Sequence record: NC_049462.1
Length of the DNA stretch: 64,000 nt
Reading direction: 5' to 3' (one strand)
Source: Klebsiella phage Magnus
The translations under genes and the position numbers were made by a program. Numbering within the stretch: the first letter of the stretch is position 1; the number at the start of each line of letters is the position of its first letter. Below, in pieces: positions 1-9,962 of the stretch. Below the pieces are notes generated by a model that made no database searches, was not told the DNA's origin, and worked only from the letters and a program-made list of their open reading frames with translations.

Positions 1-7
1 GGGGCTA

Positions 8-2764
8 TTATGCCCCGAGAATACGTTTTGAAATAGCGGCGAAGAAACCCTCTTTGTCTTCTTCAATCGGGTTCTGAGCCACAGGCGTATACGTCGCCAT
101 CAGATGTTTTAACAAGTTATGGCAATCGACGCGATACCGGTTATTTTTCTTCTGGGACTGAGAAATAGAACGTGTCCAGCTGATTTCGCAATAACCGTTG
201 TTTTTCAGCAATTCATTGATACTGGAGAACAATTGAATCATACGCGCATGCCCATGGCGGTATTGGTCAAAGTTCTCTTTGATACTAACACGGAGATTTA
301 ATTTTTCCATCGCCTCGTTAAGATCCTTGACACCAGATAATCCTTTCTTGTTCTTACTGATTACCTTCAGATAATCCCATTCAGTTTCCGGGATTAATTC
401 AATATTTTTCTTATCCAGCTGGGATATTTTATCCTTCAGATAAGCAAACTTTTCTGGGATACCTTCGTGAGATTTGGCCAGAAGTGACTCCGCATACGGG
501 ATACGGTTTATGATACAACGAGTTTGCTTTCTTAATGCTAACAGTTCCCGGGCATTCTTAGATTTGAAATACGGCATATGGCGTTTCAACAACATTTCAA
601 ATACCGCATCAATTGGCACGAACACTTCCGGGAACTTTTTCATCATTGGAACCGATTTACGGCGGGCAAGGATGACTTTCTTATGGAAGTTCATGAACTC
701 AAATATTTTGTTCCCCTCATCGTCCATAGGAGTGTTGTGCATACATTCCAAAATGCTCCGGGCAACGTATTCATTAACACGTTTTCCACGAATATCATGG
801 ATGCTGTTAGTTCCTGATATCTCAATATAAACAATTTGCTTACCAGAATCAATGATACTGGAGATATCTTCAGCAGATAATTCTCTATCCTTATAGAAAC
901 TGAAACGGAACCCTTCGTATTCAAACATCCCTGGATCTTTTTCGACCGGGGGCTTCACATACTGCATATCATGCATGAAATAAACTTCACTTGGCACGAG
1001 AATTTCCGAAATAACTTCATAAAACTTATCGGCAAATACCAAATGGTCAATAGTTGTCTCTTGTTTACCAACCCAAGATTCAAAATAGGATTGAAGCTCT
1101 TCGTGATTCTTGTATGCGCCTTTATGGTTTTGCAATAAATTGCGATTGGTCAGTAAAGAATCATTGGGCTTAACAACGATAACAACATCATGATTATTTC
1201 GCGCCGTCCTGATTTTCAGATTACGGGCGCGGCTGGAGTTATCGATAATAATAGCAACAGATTTTTTCTCACCAACCCAACCATAAACGTCATTCAGCAT
1301 GAGTGAATCCTTGGATTCATAATATCCGGCATCCCAATATATTTCAAGATAATAAGGATTCCCGGCAGTACGGAATGGAGCGTCAACATCGATGTTACGT
1401 TCTATATCAGGGGTGCCGTTGTAAACATATTTCCCTTTGTAGAAGCGGGTATCAGCCGGGAAGTCCCGCTCCATCATTTTGCGGAAACCGCTACCGAACA
1501 TGTTGGTGAATTCGTCTTTCTTCATATACAACGCCAGCGGGCCTTTGCTGGCCGCCAGGTTGAGTTCGGAAATCTTTTCCTGCATAATTTTATTCGCCAC
1601 TTTCTTGAACTGGCGATTCAGGGTTTCGCGAGTGTACTCATCGTAAGACAAGTCTTCACGGGATGGTGGGACATTAAGCTCACCGAGTTCAAAGAAGGTA
1701 TAGGACGTCGGGAACTTTTCCAGAATAGAAGAAACGTCTTGTTCCAGTTGTTCCAGATCAATAGGGTATGACACCCCGCCCATGACCGCATAGTGGGTAT
1801 TCCCCGTCCCCTTCGGCTGGATATAGGTATTCCCCACCCGGTTGTTAAAACTGATGTCTTCCCAATCGAAGTTGTATGAGTGATTCGTGACTTTCGGGCG
1901 CTCGTTGGGCTTCATAACTTTGCCAAGACGGATCAGCTCTTCTTCAAACGCACGGAAACGACTGTTCTTGACCGGGACTTTCACAGACAAACCATTCCAT
2001 TCATCTGTGTCTTCCGGCGCGGGTTCGCGGGTTTCTACGTTTTTAGTCACCAGGTCAACAGTTGGGATACGGTTCCCGTTCAGATACATCAGGAAGCGAT
2101 AGATCTTCCCTTCATAGCGGGATTCAACGGTGAATGAATCCGACACAGAGAAAGGTGATTTGGAACCCAGACCGAACGCGCCGATCTGGCCATCATCGTC
2201 TTCTTTGGTACTGTTGAACAAAGTGGTATAAAGTCCAGGGGAACGGATGATTTCGCCATCTTGGGTTTTAAAGACCAATTGTCCACCATAATACGAAGAG
2301 AAATCGGGTACGCCCAGGACTTCAGAACCTTCTGGGATTTCGTCTTCTTTGACGACCATGTTGCCCGACAGAAGCACTTCATCTTCACGGGCCAAAATAG
2401 GTTCACCCATGATCTGTTCCAGCGAAAGGCCGATACCCCAGTCTTTGATTTCCAGCCATGGCTCGTAATCGTCCGGGAGATGGACTTCTACGGGAATGTT
2501 AGAAGGAGCCAGATACTTACTGTGCAGTTGGGGCATCGGGGACAGAGAGGCATAATGAGACGGCATCCAGCGCTGTAAACGGTTACGCATGTTGTGAGCG
2601 TCAATCGCATTACAAACGGTCTCACGAAGCGCCGCCGCTTCTTTATAACGATAAAGGCTGGAGAACAACGTTTCAAATAACTTATCGGTCATTTTGACGT
2701 TGAACACATTACCAGATATAGATGATGAAGAGCGGACAAAGTGCTCTGACTTGCGCATTTTCAT
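8..2764 (-). CDS. Large (918 aa) protein with an N-terminal GHKL/Bergerat-fold ATPase domain (Hsp90/MORC/TopoVI-B-like); function unknown
   Basis: Translated ORF has an N-box 'ETVCNAIDAHNMRN' (ExxxNAxDA), a G1-box 'IKDWGIGLS' (DxGxG) and a G2-box 'IGAFGLGSKSPFSVS' (compare Hsp90 'IGQFGVGFYSAF'). No Toprim or topoisomerase motifs downstream. Stop at 8-10. Confidence 0.5.
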   Translation of the reverse strand: MKMRKSEHFVRSSSSISGNVFNVKMTDKLFETLFSSLYRYKEAAALRETVCNAIDAHNMRNRLQRWMPSHYASLSPMPQLHSKYLAPSNIPVEVHLPDDYEPWLEIKDWGIGLSLEQIMGEPILAREDEVLLSGNMVVKEDEIPEGSEVLGVPDFSSYYGGQLVFKTQDGEIIRSPGLYTTLFNSTKEDDDGQIGAFGLGSKSPFSVSDSFTVESRYEGKIYRFLMYLNGNRIPTVDLVTKNVETREPAPEDTDEWNGLSVKVPVKNSRFRAFEEELIRLGKVMKPNERPKVTNHSYNFDWEDISFNNRVGNTYIQPKGTGNTHYAVMGGVSYPIDLEQLEQDVSSILEKFPTSYTFFELGELNVPPSREDLSYDEYTRETLNRQFKKVANKIMQEKISELNLAASKGPLALYMKKDEFTNMFGSGFRKMMERDFPADTRFYKGKYVYNGTPDIERNIDVDAPFRTAGNPYYLEIYWDAGYYESKDSLMLNDVYGWVGEKKSVAIIIDNSSRARNLKIRTARNNHDVVIVVKPNDSLLTNRNLLQNHKGAYKNHEELQSYFESWVGKQETTIDHLVFADKFYEVISEILVPSEVYFMHDMQYVKPPVEKDPGMFEYEGFRFSFYKDRELSAEDISSIIDSGKQIVYIEISGTNSIHDIRGKRVNEYVARSILECMHNTPMDDEGNKIFEFMNFHKKVILARRKSVPMMKKFPEVFVPIDAVFEMLLKRHMPYFKSKNARELLALRKQTRCIINRIPYAESLLAKSHEGIPEKFAYLKDKISQLDKKNIELIPETEWDYLKVISKNKKGLSGVKDLNEAMEKLNLRVSIKENFDQYRHGHARMIQLFSSINELLKNNGYCEISWTRSISQSQKKNNRYRVDCHNLLKHLMATYTPVAQNPIEEDKEGFFAAISKRILGA

Positions 2765-2825
2765 AACGAAGAAGTCCTATCAGTTTCAAAGGGATTACAC
2801 AGAGGTATGATACGTGAAGGTCGTT

Positions 2826-2855
2826 CAATTGAAAAAGCCCCTGAGAAGGGGCTTT
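2826..2855 (-). terminator. Rho-independent terminator-like hairpin after gene 2864..3205
   Basis: Stem AAAGCCCC/GGGGCTTT with a 6-nt loop; on the minus strand it is followed by UUCAAUUG. Confidence 0.45.
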
Positions 2856-2863
2856 AGTTCATA

Positions 2864-3205
2864 TTATCCAATGAGTGATGCTTTGAAGTCGAAGGTGGGA
2901 CGGGTAGCGCCCGGCTCCAGCACTTCTTCCAGATAACCGACATATTGTTTGACAACTACAGTCGGCTCGGCACGATTGGGCTTGGTTGCACTCAGATCCA
3001 GAAGGCTGGAAGTCACCTGCTCTACAACAGTGCGCTTGATCTCAAAATGGTAGCGGCTCCCGAAGGCGGCGATCTCGACTTCATTAATTTTGAAGTCAGA
3101 CAATTCACTGCTGTTCAACGTACCGATATTCAATTGTGAGCGCAGATGCTCAACAATGTTAGAATAAATGTACTGCGGCGTGATCAGCTGTTCAATAGAA
3201 CTCAT
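2864..3205 (-). CDS. hypothetical protein (113 aa)
   Basis: ORF with an AGGAT RBS 8 nt upstream of the ATG, in a co-directional gene array. Confidence 0.5.
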   Translation of the reverse strand: MSSIEQLITPQYIYSNIVEHLRSQLNIGTLNSSELSDFKINEVEIAAFGSRYHFEIKRTVVEQVTSSLLDLSATKPNRAEPTVVVKQYVGYLEEVLEPGATRPTFDFKASLIG

Positions 3206-3212
3206 AATATAT

Positions 3213-3383
3213 CCTCTAAATTTCGGGTTCAGGTTTACTTAATCGAGCGAGTTCGGCTCGAAGATACAGAATTTCGTCGGCCATCTGTTTCCCTTCACCA
3301 AACATGACATGACACTTTACCTTCCTCGGCTCCCCTTCAGATATTTCGAGGAGCCGTTCTTCTGTTAAGGTGTCATCACTCAT
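3213..3383 (-). CDS. small hypothetical protein (56 aa)
   Basis: Hand-translated ORF 'MSDDTLTEERLLEISEGEP...' that fills the gap between neighbouring genes; it abuts the downstream RBS. Confidence 0.3.
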
Positions 3384-3598
3384 TTACTCTTCCTTTTGTT
3401 CTTTCCATGCGTTTTGGCTTTCTTCGGTCGTTTCACCGATGGTCGACCATGGCCTGGCGTTCCCGGCCCTGAATTGTTGGAATACCAAATATCATCACCG
3501 CGATGACGTGATTCCTGATAACTACGCGCCAATGCTTGTTCTGCACTGATAACAGCACCAGCCATAGCAATGGCAACTAATGCCTTTTTGGAACCCAT
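3380..3598 (-). CDS. small secreted, basic protein (72 aa)
   Basis: N-terminal signal-peptide-like 'MGSKKALVAIAMAGAVISAEQALA' and a Lys/Arg-rich C-terminus. Confidence 0.4.
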   Translation of the reverse strand: MGSKKALVAIAMAGAVISAEQALARSYQESRHRGDDIWYSNNSGPGTPGHGRPSVKRPKKAKTHGKNKRKSK

Positions 3599-4251
3599 TA
3601 TAATTCTCCTTTGGCGGCATAGGACAATGCCTTGGCGATCATCACAGCCAACTCCATAGAACCATAGTCAAAATCACGTTCCACCAATGCTCTGATTTCA
3701 TCACGAGATTGGACTTCTGGACAATTTTTGCTCTGCCGACGTTCTTCCTGATCGATTAGATCGCGAAGCATCAGACCAGTAAAAGAATATTCGTCAAAGT
3801 TTTCCAGATATTCCTGGATACCCGATTTCGGTGGATTGGTTTGTTTGACTTCTGGTATTTTAGACTCAGACGTTTTCATGGAACTTCTGAGTTTATAGAT
3901 CGTGGTGCTGGCAACTTCTCGCCCTTTGTTCAAGGCAGTGAAGTCGACATTTTGACCCCAAGCGTTCTTCACCGGATTTGAACAACATTGACCGAACAAA
4001 TCAGACCAACCAGCATCCAGTGCCAGGAGCGATTGTACCAACGCCTCATAAGTTGGTTCATCAGATTGGCTCATTTCATTACATTGGGCAACGATGTTAT
4101 CTACTGCCCAAAGTGGTTTTAACAATTCCAATAATATTTCGGATTGTTCTTGGGACAATGTTAAGCGATTCTTCAGGGATATAATGAACTTGTCATATGC
4201 TTTCACAGTATCGACAAGCTGCTGGTAAGTCGGTTTGGTCTGCGAGTTCAT
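3598..4251 (-). CDS. hypothetical protein (217 aa)
   Basis: ORF tightly packed with its neighbours (4-nt overlap). Confidence 0.5.
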   Translation of the reverse strand: MNSQTKPTYQQLVDTVKAYDKFIISLKNRLTLSQEQSEILLELLKPLWAVDNIVAQCNEMSQSDEPTYEALVQSLLALDAGWSDLFGQCCSNPVKNAWGQNVDFTALNKGREVASTTIYKLRSSMKTSESKIPEVKQTNPPKSGIQEYLENFDEYSFTGLMLRDLIDQEERRQSKNCPEVQSRDEIRALVERDFDYGSMELAVMIAKALSYAAKGEL

Positions 4252-4634
4252 TTTCTTTTTCCTTTGTTGCGTGCCTTACTGGCCAAACGTTTATTTTGTG
4301 CTGCCCCGCGCAGGCGGGGAGGCTTTTGATAACGAGCATCTTTCATCATCTGACGCTCGTCTCGGGATGTTTCAATAAAATCATTGTCATCTAATTTGCG
4401 CCTTGATTTCAGGCTGTTGATAAGCTGCTTCACATCAAATTCAGAACAGATTTCATCCAGAATCACGATGCGCTTGTCGTTCTCTTCACGACGTGCCAAT
4501 TCACGAGCTGACATATAATCTTCGATCGAAATCTGCTTTATTTCCCATTCCGGATGAAGATCTTGTAATGCGGCCTTCATGATAATACTGTGGTGACCGC
4601 CCCCGATGATCACGATCTTTTTGGGTTCTGACAT
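4248..4634 (-). CDS. hypothetical protein (128 aa)
   Basis: ORF; N-terminal 'KKIVIIGGGHHS' and a basic C-terminal tail. Confidence 0.5.
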   Translation of the reverse strand: MSEPKKIVIIGGGHHSIIMKAALQDLHPEWEIKQISIEDYMSARELARREENDKRIVILDEICSEFDVKQLINSLKSRRKLDDNDFIETSRDERQMMKDARYQKPPRLRGAAQNKRLASKARNKGKRK

Positions 4635-4699
4635 GATGTTGCTCCAAAGAAAAGGGATAGAGTAATAATACCCTATCCCTGTTTATTGAAGAATTAAGT

Positions 4700-5134
4700 C
4701 TATTCAGCTTGCGTGTAGTTCAAATCGCCCCGCAGATCCTGAATAGGCTGGCCACCAACTGCCATGATATAGATGGTGTTGATAGTTTCGAACCACGTCA
4801 GTTCGTTAACGTCTTTGGTGTACGGCGTCACCGGAATAGAAGTTTTGATTTCATTCTTCTCAGCCACCGGATGTGCTTCAACCAGAGTAAGGAAAGCGCA
4901 GCGCCCAGACGGATGGATAATACCTTCTTTAAACAACACGATCTTTTTGCGATGGTTATCCGATTCACCCAGACAGACAACCAGATGATGAATCATCTCT
5001 GGCCGGGTCAGCAAAGTATCTCCTTTGATGATTCCCTGCTTAACCGCCGAAATAACGATTTCGTCCAGGAGAGCCTGTTGTTGATCCAGACTCAATGATT
5101 CGGTGAGTCTCACGCTGTTGATGTTAATGGCCAT
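4700..5134 (-). CDS. hypothetical protein (~144 aa), possibly dUTPase/dCTP-deaminase-like fold
   Basis: ORF, start taken at MAININ. A weak resemblance of 'PSGRCAFLTLVEAHPV' to dUTPase motif 4; the fold assignment is speculative. Confidence 0.4.
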   Translation of the reverse strand: MAININSVRLTESLSLDQQQALLDEIVISAVKQGIIKGDTLLTRPEMIHHLVVCLGESDNHRKKIVLFKEGIIHPSGRCAFLTLVEAHPVAEKNEIKTSIPVTPYTKDVNELTWFETINTIYIMAVGGQPIQDLRGDLNYTQAE

Positions 5135-5138
5135 GATA

Positions 5139-5702
5139 TCACCCTTTGAAGTTAATCGGAGCCTGAACACCAGATTCAAAAGCTGCCTGGGTACGGCTAT
5201 CACTTACAACCTGGCAGGTCTTTTCCAGATCTAGGCGCGGGAAACCAAACATTCCAGCCACGATGTTGCCCGGGAACTGCTGGAGCCGGGTCTCGTACAG
5301 CTGGCACGCATCGAGTTTTTTGGTCTGGCTGATACGGAATTCATCACGGCCCGCGCTGATTACGATCTGGATTTCTTTGTACAGGGACGAATCAAACTGG
5401 ATGTTCTGTTCCTGGATCCATTGCATCACCGCTTTGGAACCGTCGGCGCCATAGCGGCCTTCAAATGTTCCCTTGATGACTTCCTTCAACCCGTTCTTGT
5501 ACATGTCCGGGATTTGCGCCGTGTCCTGCACTTTCATAGTATAAGAACTCAGATAGTTCTCCGAGTCCTTGTTGAACTTCTTAACATTGTTCTCCAGCTT
5601 GTTAAAACCGTTGAACGTGCTGATAAGAAACCCGGCGATGATTGCGATCAAACCAACGGTAGCACCGACGACGATAAGAGAAGAATTGATACTTTTTGAC
5701 AT
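5139..5702 (-). CDS. lemA: LemA-family membrane protein (187 aa)
   Basis: N-terminal TM helix and the LemA signature 'FPGNIVAGMFGF' near the C-terminal third. Confidence 0.65.
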   Translation of the reverse strand: MSKSINSSLIVVGATVGLIAIIAGFLISTFNGFNKLENNVKKFNKDSENYLSSYTMKVQDTAQIPDMYKNGLKEVIKGTFEGRYGADGSKAVMQWIQEQNIQFDSSLYKEIQIVISAGRDEFRISQTKKLDACQLYETRLQQFPGNIVAGMFGFPRLDLEKTCQVVSDSRTQAAFESGVQAPINFKG

Positions 5703-5718
5703 TTGTGTAGCCTCTTGT

Positions 5719-6810
5719 TTAGAATGGGAAACGACGATTTAGACTAAAATTATATGGCCCAGCGCCAAGATAGAATAATACACCGAACGGCACACAACCG
5801 AGTAAAGACACGATCAGGGCTTCCCAGGTCTTCAATTCACGCCATTTCAGATAATCCATCTCCTTCATAGACACCCGGTTGTAGCCCTTGCTGATATTGG
5901 TAGCGACTTCTTGGAAGACTGCTATTCCCATGGGCTGTCCAGTAAGGGATAATCCATTGCGGGAATGCAATTCCATGTTATTCATGCCGTCTGCAAAAGA
6001 AGTGCTCTTTCCCCAATTTATCTTCATGTCTTTGGTGATATCGGTAACGACGATGACGTCATTCTTCTTGCCGCCAGCCCATGCATACACCAGCCCCTGG
6101 AAATATTCAATCGGCTGACCTGAAGTTATCACCCAAACGATGTTCACCTGGCGTTCGGCACCCAGAGTTTTCAGAACGCCGTTCAAATAATCATTCCAGT
6201 AACCGACAGGAAGATTCAAACCAGACATGTTCAAAACCCGGTTGACACGATAGTAATCATAGACCTTTGGGTACGCCGGGATGTAATCTTTGAACTTCTC
6301 GGCAAACTGTTCATCCGAACGAGAGAATAATGAATCCCTGTTTCCAAGAACGTAGTTCTGATACGGATGATCTTGTGCAGCCGGTTCCCCGACCTTCACC
6401 TGTGCCCAGCGCGGCGGCTGACGCAAACCTTGTCGGTCTATGCGCTTAATGGTCAGATCACCGACGGTCGTGTGAACATCCCAGTCAACGTCGTAATCAT
6501 GCTCGTCACAATAGATCGGGACACAGGACTGGTTGCCTTTACTATCCGTTGAACATGTCTGACCGCATTGATACTGGTGCTCACACGAGACCTTTTCCCG
6601 AGTCTTACCCGTAACATAACCATTAAGGATTTCCACGTCAGCGGCACTCCCCAAGGAGAATGCTGCGTATGCACCCGCTTGTATCAGGCAAGATAAACCA
6701 ACCCCGATAAGAGTGGTATAGACGGTCTCCTTAACGTTGTGGTCGGCCTGGTGCCTGACAATGAACGCAACCGCCATTGCCAACGGCAAGATGAAAAAGA
6801 GATAGATCAT
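5719..6810 (-). CDS. membrane protein (363 aa), two N-terminal TM helices plus one C-terminal TM
   Basis: Hydrophobic segments at both termini; lies immediately upstream of lemA, where bacteria typically carry a LemA/TPM-domain pair. Confidence 0.5.
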   Translation of the reverse strand: MIYLFFILPLAMAVAFIVRHQADHNVKETVYTTLIGVGLSCLIQAGAYAAFSLGSAADVEILNGYVTGKTREKVSCEHQYQCGQTCSTDSKGNQSCVPIYCDEHDYDVDWDVHTTVGDLTIKRIDRQGLRQPPRWAQVKVGEPAAQDHPYQNYVLGNRDSLFSRSDEQFAEKFKDYIPAYPKVYDYYRVNRVLNMSGLNLPVGYWNDYLNGVLKTLGAERQVNIVWVITSGQPIEYFQGLVYAWAGGKKNDVIVVTDITKDMKINWGKSTSFADGMNNMELHSRNGLSLTGQPMGIAVFQEVATNISKGYNRVSMKEMDYLKWRELKTWEALIVSLLGCVPFGVLFYLGAGPYNFSLNRRFPF

Positions 6811-7196
6811 AATACACCACCCACGAGTTGGGCCTTCGTCATACCCAAGAGTTGTTCTTTGTGTTTTTCATCCGCGCCGTTGGCAACCAAGAGCGCCCAA
6901 CGTTCTTCATGGTACTTCGGGTCCATGGCTTCATCAAACGACAGATGATAACGGAACATGATGGTTGCCACTGAATGGAGAACGTGCGCCGTAGCCCGCT
7001 GTAACGTTCTTGGGCACGTGATGGGATATTCTGTATATTCAACCCCCATGAGGCGCAATTCGCGGATAATGAACGGTAGTGGTAATTCACCTTTGTCATG
7101 CAATTCTTTAAAACGGGCTTTCGCCGGGTGTAACTGGCCTTCAGTTTCTTTCATGAACAGATCGTACAGGTATTCAGCGTATTCGATGCGAGTCAT
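6807..7196 (-). CDS. hypothetical protein (129 aa)
   Basis: ORF with a 4-nt overlap to the downstream gene. Confidence 0.5.
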   Translation of the reverse strand: MTRIEYAEYLYDLFMKETEGQLHPAKARFKELHDKGELPLPFIIRELRLMGVEYTEYPITCPRTLQRATAHVLHSVATIMFRYHLSFDEAMDPKYHEERWALLVANGADEKHKEQLLGMTKAQLVGGVL

Positions 7197-7274
7197 AATT
7201 TTAATCCTTGAAATAAAAGGGAACGGGCCAAATATAAGCCCATTCCCTTTATTGAAGAAACTAGTATTGCTCAG

Positions 7275-8492
7275 TTATTTCTTCATCAGTGACATCAGAT
7301 TAACGCTCTTTCCAACAGGAACGGCCTCCTGTTTGCGTTCAATACGCTCTTCAGGTTCCCAGCGTGTCCCCTTCTGTAGATGCCAGATATGAAGGGGAAC
7401 GCCCGTCTCAAAGAACACCGGCATCTTCCACTTCTGGACGCCGGGAACGTGCCCTGCGGGAGCCTTCTCACATAACAGGGTATCCGGTAGCCAAAGTGAA
7501 CGCGCTTCCCAGAGTGCCGCGCAGGAGTACTCCGGCCAAATGCGTTCCATGTAGTCGATTTCATCCCAGGTACGCTCAGCATCCCACCCGATATAACGAG
7601 TGTTCTTCAGACGGAAGAATTTCTTCAACCAACACGCACCAGAGGTCTCAAAGTTCAGACGGTTGATGAACGTCAGATGACCGAATTCTTCAACGCATTC
7701 ATGGAATGCCTTTTCCAAATCGGCTTCCAGGATGTCACACTCTTCATCGGTAATAGGACAGCCATCGATCTTTTTCTTCCCGTGTTTGGTCACCCAATCA
7801 TCACGATTAGAAAGAAACGCCGCGCCATTTCGATTCGATTCACTACCTTCACGGTCACGCAGCATGAAACCGGGAACGTCAATTTCCCACATGTTACCGA
7901 ACACCATGTTCAGGGCTTCCAGGAAGTTCCAGGCGCTCAGGCGGCCGAAGTATTTCCAGGACATCGCCGTGTCCCACAACTCAGTAAACTGGTCTTCCTT
8001 CATGGTGCATTCCAGCATCCAACGGAAAGAATCCATCTGAGTTTTACCGCCCAGCCAATCCACATAGGACTGAACACATGGGATCATCTTGGACTTGCGG
8101 TAGCGGCAATCAGTATCGAAGCGCATGCGTTCAAAGTTCAGATTATACCAGTCCGAGAAGCGCTGCATTTCTTCTTTGGTCTGAGGAGGGACCGGGAACT
8201 CAGAGTAGATTGTCCACGGGCCGATCGCATTATAGCAGCAACCCCAAAGGAACGCCATCCAGATCTTGCGCTCGATCTTTTCCAGGTTGGTGAGGCCTTC
8301 TGTGACTTCAATAGCATAATCCATCAGACGCATCTGCTGGTTGTGCTCTTCAGTATAGGACAGCGCTTCTACCCACGCCTTGAGCAGATACATCCGGTTC
8401 TCAGGCTTGCGGTAGTCAACCTTCAGATCAATCGGGTACTTCCATTGCTCAGGGGCTTTATACCCCTGCGGCATTTTAGATAAATGTGCCAT
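7275..8492 (-). CDS. hypothetical 405-aa protein; candidate DNA base-modification enzyme (function unproven)
   Basis: Large Trp-rich ORF directly adjacent to the P-loop nucleotide kinase gene; no motif I can name. Confidence 0.5.
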   Translation of the reverse strand: MAHLSKMPQGYKAPEQWKYPIDLKVDYRKPENRMYLLKAWVEALSYTEEHNQQMRLMDYAIEVTEGLTNLEKIERKIWMAFLWGCCYNAIGPWTIYSEFPVPPQTKEEMQRFSDWYNLNFERMRFDTDCRYRKSKMIPCVQSYVDWLGGKTQMDSFRWMLECTMKEDQFTELWDTAMSWKYFGRLSAWNFLEALNMVFGNMWEIDVPGFMLRDREGSESNRNGAAFLSNRDDWVTKHGKKKIDGCPITDEECDILEADLEKAFHECVEEFGHLTFINRLNFETSGACWLKKFFRLKNTRYIGWDAERTWDEIDYMERIWPEYSCAALWEARSLWLPDTLLCEKAPAGHVPGVQKWKMPVFFETGVPLHIWHLQKGTRWEPEERIERKQEAVPVGKSVNLMSLMKK

Positions 8493-8495
8493 ACA

Positions 8496-8876
8496 TCAAT
8501 CCTTTTCGCCGACGGAACTTGAAAGTTCTTCATCTCCAGGATGAGGCTGAACTGGCTCCAGTTGCACTTGATCTGCGGTGACCGGGCCGAATGCAGAGTT
8601 CCAGATATCGACAAAGCGTTTGTCAGAAGTAACAACCCACATGCGCTTGGCTTTATTGGAACGGTCAGCAATGAACGCCTGGGCGTTGGCGTTAGTACGG
8701 ACGAGACCGACCTGGCGCCACTGACCGAAATCTTTAGACGCCGGGTTAGTGTTCAGCTGAAACTGCGGGATAACCCGGTTGTCTTCCGGATAATAACGGA
8801 CAGCATTGATCATCTTGGCATCGCCCTTATAATCAATAGCGATAGCCACGGCATCGCGGGGAATCAAAATTTTCAT
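8496..8876 (-). CDS. hypothetical protein (126 aa)
   Basis: ORF. Confidence 0.5.
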   Translation of the reverse strand: MKILIPRDAVAIAIDYKGDAKMINAVRYYPEDNRVIPQFQLNTNPASKDFGQWRQVGLVRTNANAQAFIADRSNKAKRMWVVTSDKRFVDIWNSAFGPVTADQVQLEPVQPHPGDEELSSSVGEKD

Positions 8877-8877
8877 C

Positions 8878-9075
8878 TCATTTCCTTAAAAATAATTTAT
8901 AGACAACAGGTATCAAGAACGATAAGAAGCCGAACCAGTAAACCACATTCATGGTTTTCTTTTCTGCTTCTGACAGATCAATGAAACCATAATGATACAC
9001 TATCATGGTTAATAATGAGGCTAAACAAGTGATCGCCCCGACCAATAAAATAGCATCCAACCACTTGCTGTTCAT
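8878..9075 (-). CDS. small membrane protein (65 aa)
   Basis: Two hydrophobic helices. Confidence 0.4.
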   Translation of the reverse strand: MNSKWLDAILLVGAITCLASLLTMIVYHYGFIDLSEAEKKTMNVVYWFGFLSFLIPVVYKLFLRK

Positions 9076-9077
9076 CT

Positions 9078-9962
9078 TTATTTCCTCAACATCATAGCCA
9101 GCACGTTAGAACTTTTGGACGGCTGTTTCTTTTCATCAGCCGTCTTCTTGACAGTCGGGCGGCGGGTAGCCTTTTCCGGTACGCGATGCGCCAGCGGGTC
9201 TGAACCACCAACTTCGCGTGTCATTGGATGGTCTTCGCAATACTTATAGAATTCTTTGAAGACGAACCCAGCGTCACGGACTTCATTGATGATCATGTGA
9301 TGAATGGCATTACCAATCACCCACAGCGGTGCGTCGAATGGCAATTGGGCAACTTCGCTGCCAACGCCGTTCTTTTTGTAGAGGACGTCCTGACCGCTGT
9401 ATGAATCTACAACAACTTCCCAACCCGCCGCCACCATTTCAGATTTAGACTTTTCGAACTCTTTCTGATAAGACTCATTCCGAGTCCAGCCCGAATCCCC
9501 GGCTTCTTTACCAGAACGCCCACGGATACGAGCATCATACTGATAACGATCCGGATACGTGAAGTACAACAGCGCCAGTTGTTCAATAGGATAATTGGCA
9601 AACAGCCATTCTGGACGCCATTTATCAGACAGCATCAGCGGTTCACCCTCACAGACCAGCGTATATCCCGCGCTGAGATGTTCTTTGACCAGTTCGCGGG
9701 CGATATCACCAGAACCTGTCGCGGCATGGATAGCGTCCATCGAGGTCCACGAGGCAAGACCGGATTTGTTTGACGCAGTATACTGGCCGACAAACATTAA
9801 TTTCAGTTCATCAAAGGCCAGACCAAACAGGCGCGTTTTATCGCCGATGGTATAAGTGACCTCGCGAGGTTCCAGGCGGGTACGCAGCCATTCGATGAAC
9901 TGTACCACACGAGTACCCTTGCCCGTGCCGCTTGTGCCTTTGATTACAATCAGTTTTGACAT
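9078..9962 (-). CDS. P-loop nucleotide/nucleoside-monophosphate kinase-like protein (294 aa); candidate (hm)dNMP or DNA 5-hmdU kinase
   Basis: N-terminal Walker A 'IKGTSGTGKGT' (GxxGxGKGT, as in adenylate and dNMP kinases). Confidence 0.55.
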   Translation of the reverse strand: MSKLIVIKGTSGTGKGTRVVQFIEWLRTRLEPREVTYTIGDKTRLFGLAFDELKLMFVGQYTASNKSGLASWTSMDAIHAATGSGDIARELVKEHLSAGYTLVCEGEPLMLSDKWRPEWLFANYPIEQLALLYFTYPDRYQYDARIRGRSGKEAGDSGWTRNESYQKEFEKSKSEMVAAGWEVVVDSYSGQDVLYKKNGVGSEVAQLPFDAPLWVIGNAIHHMIINEVRDAGFVFKEFYKYCEDHPMTREVGGSDPLAHRVPEKATRRPTVKKTADEKKQPSKSSNVLAMMLRK

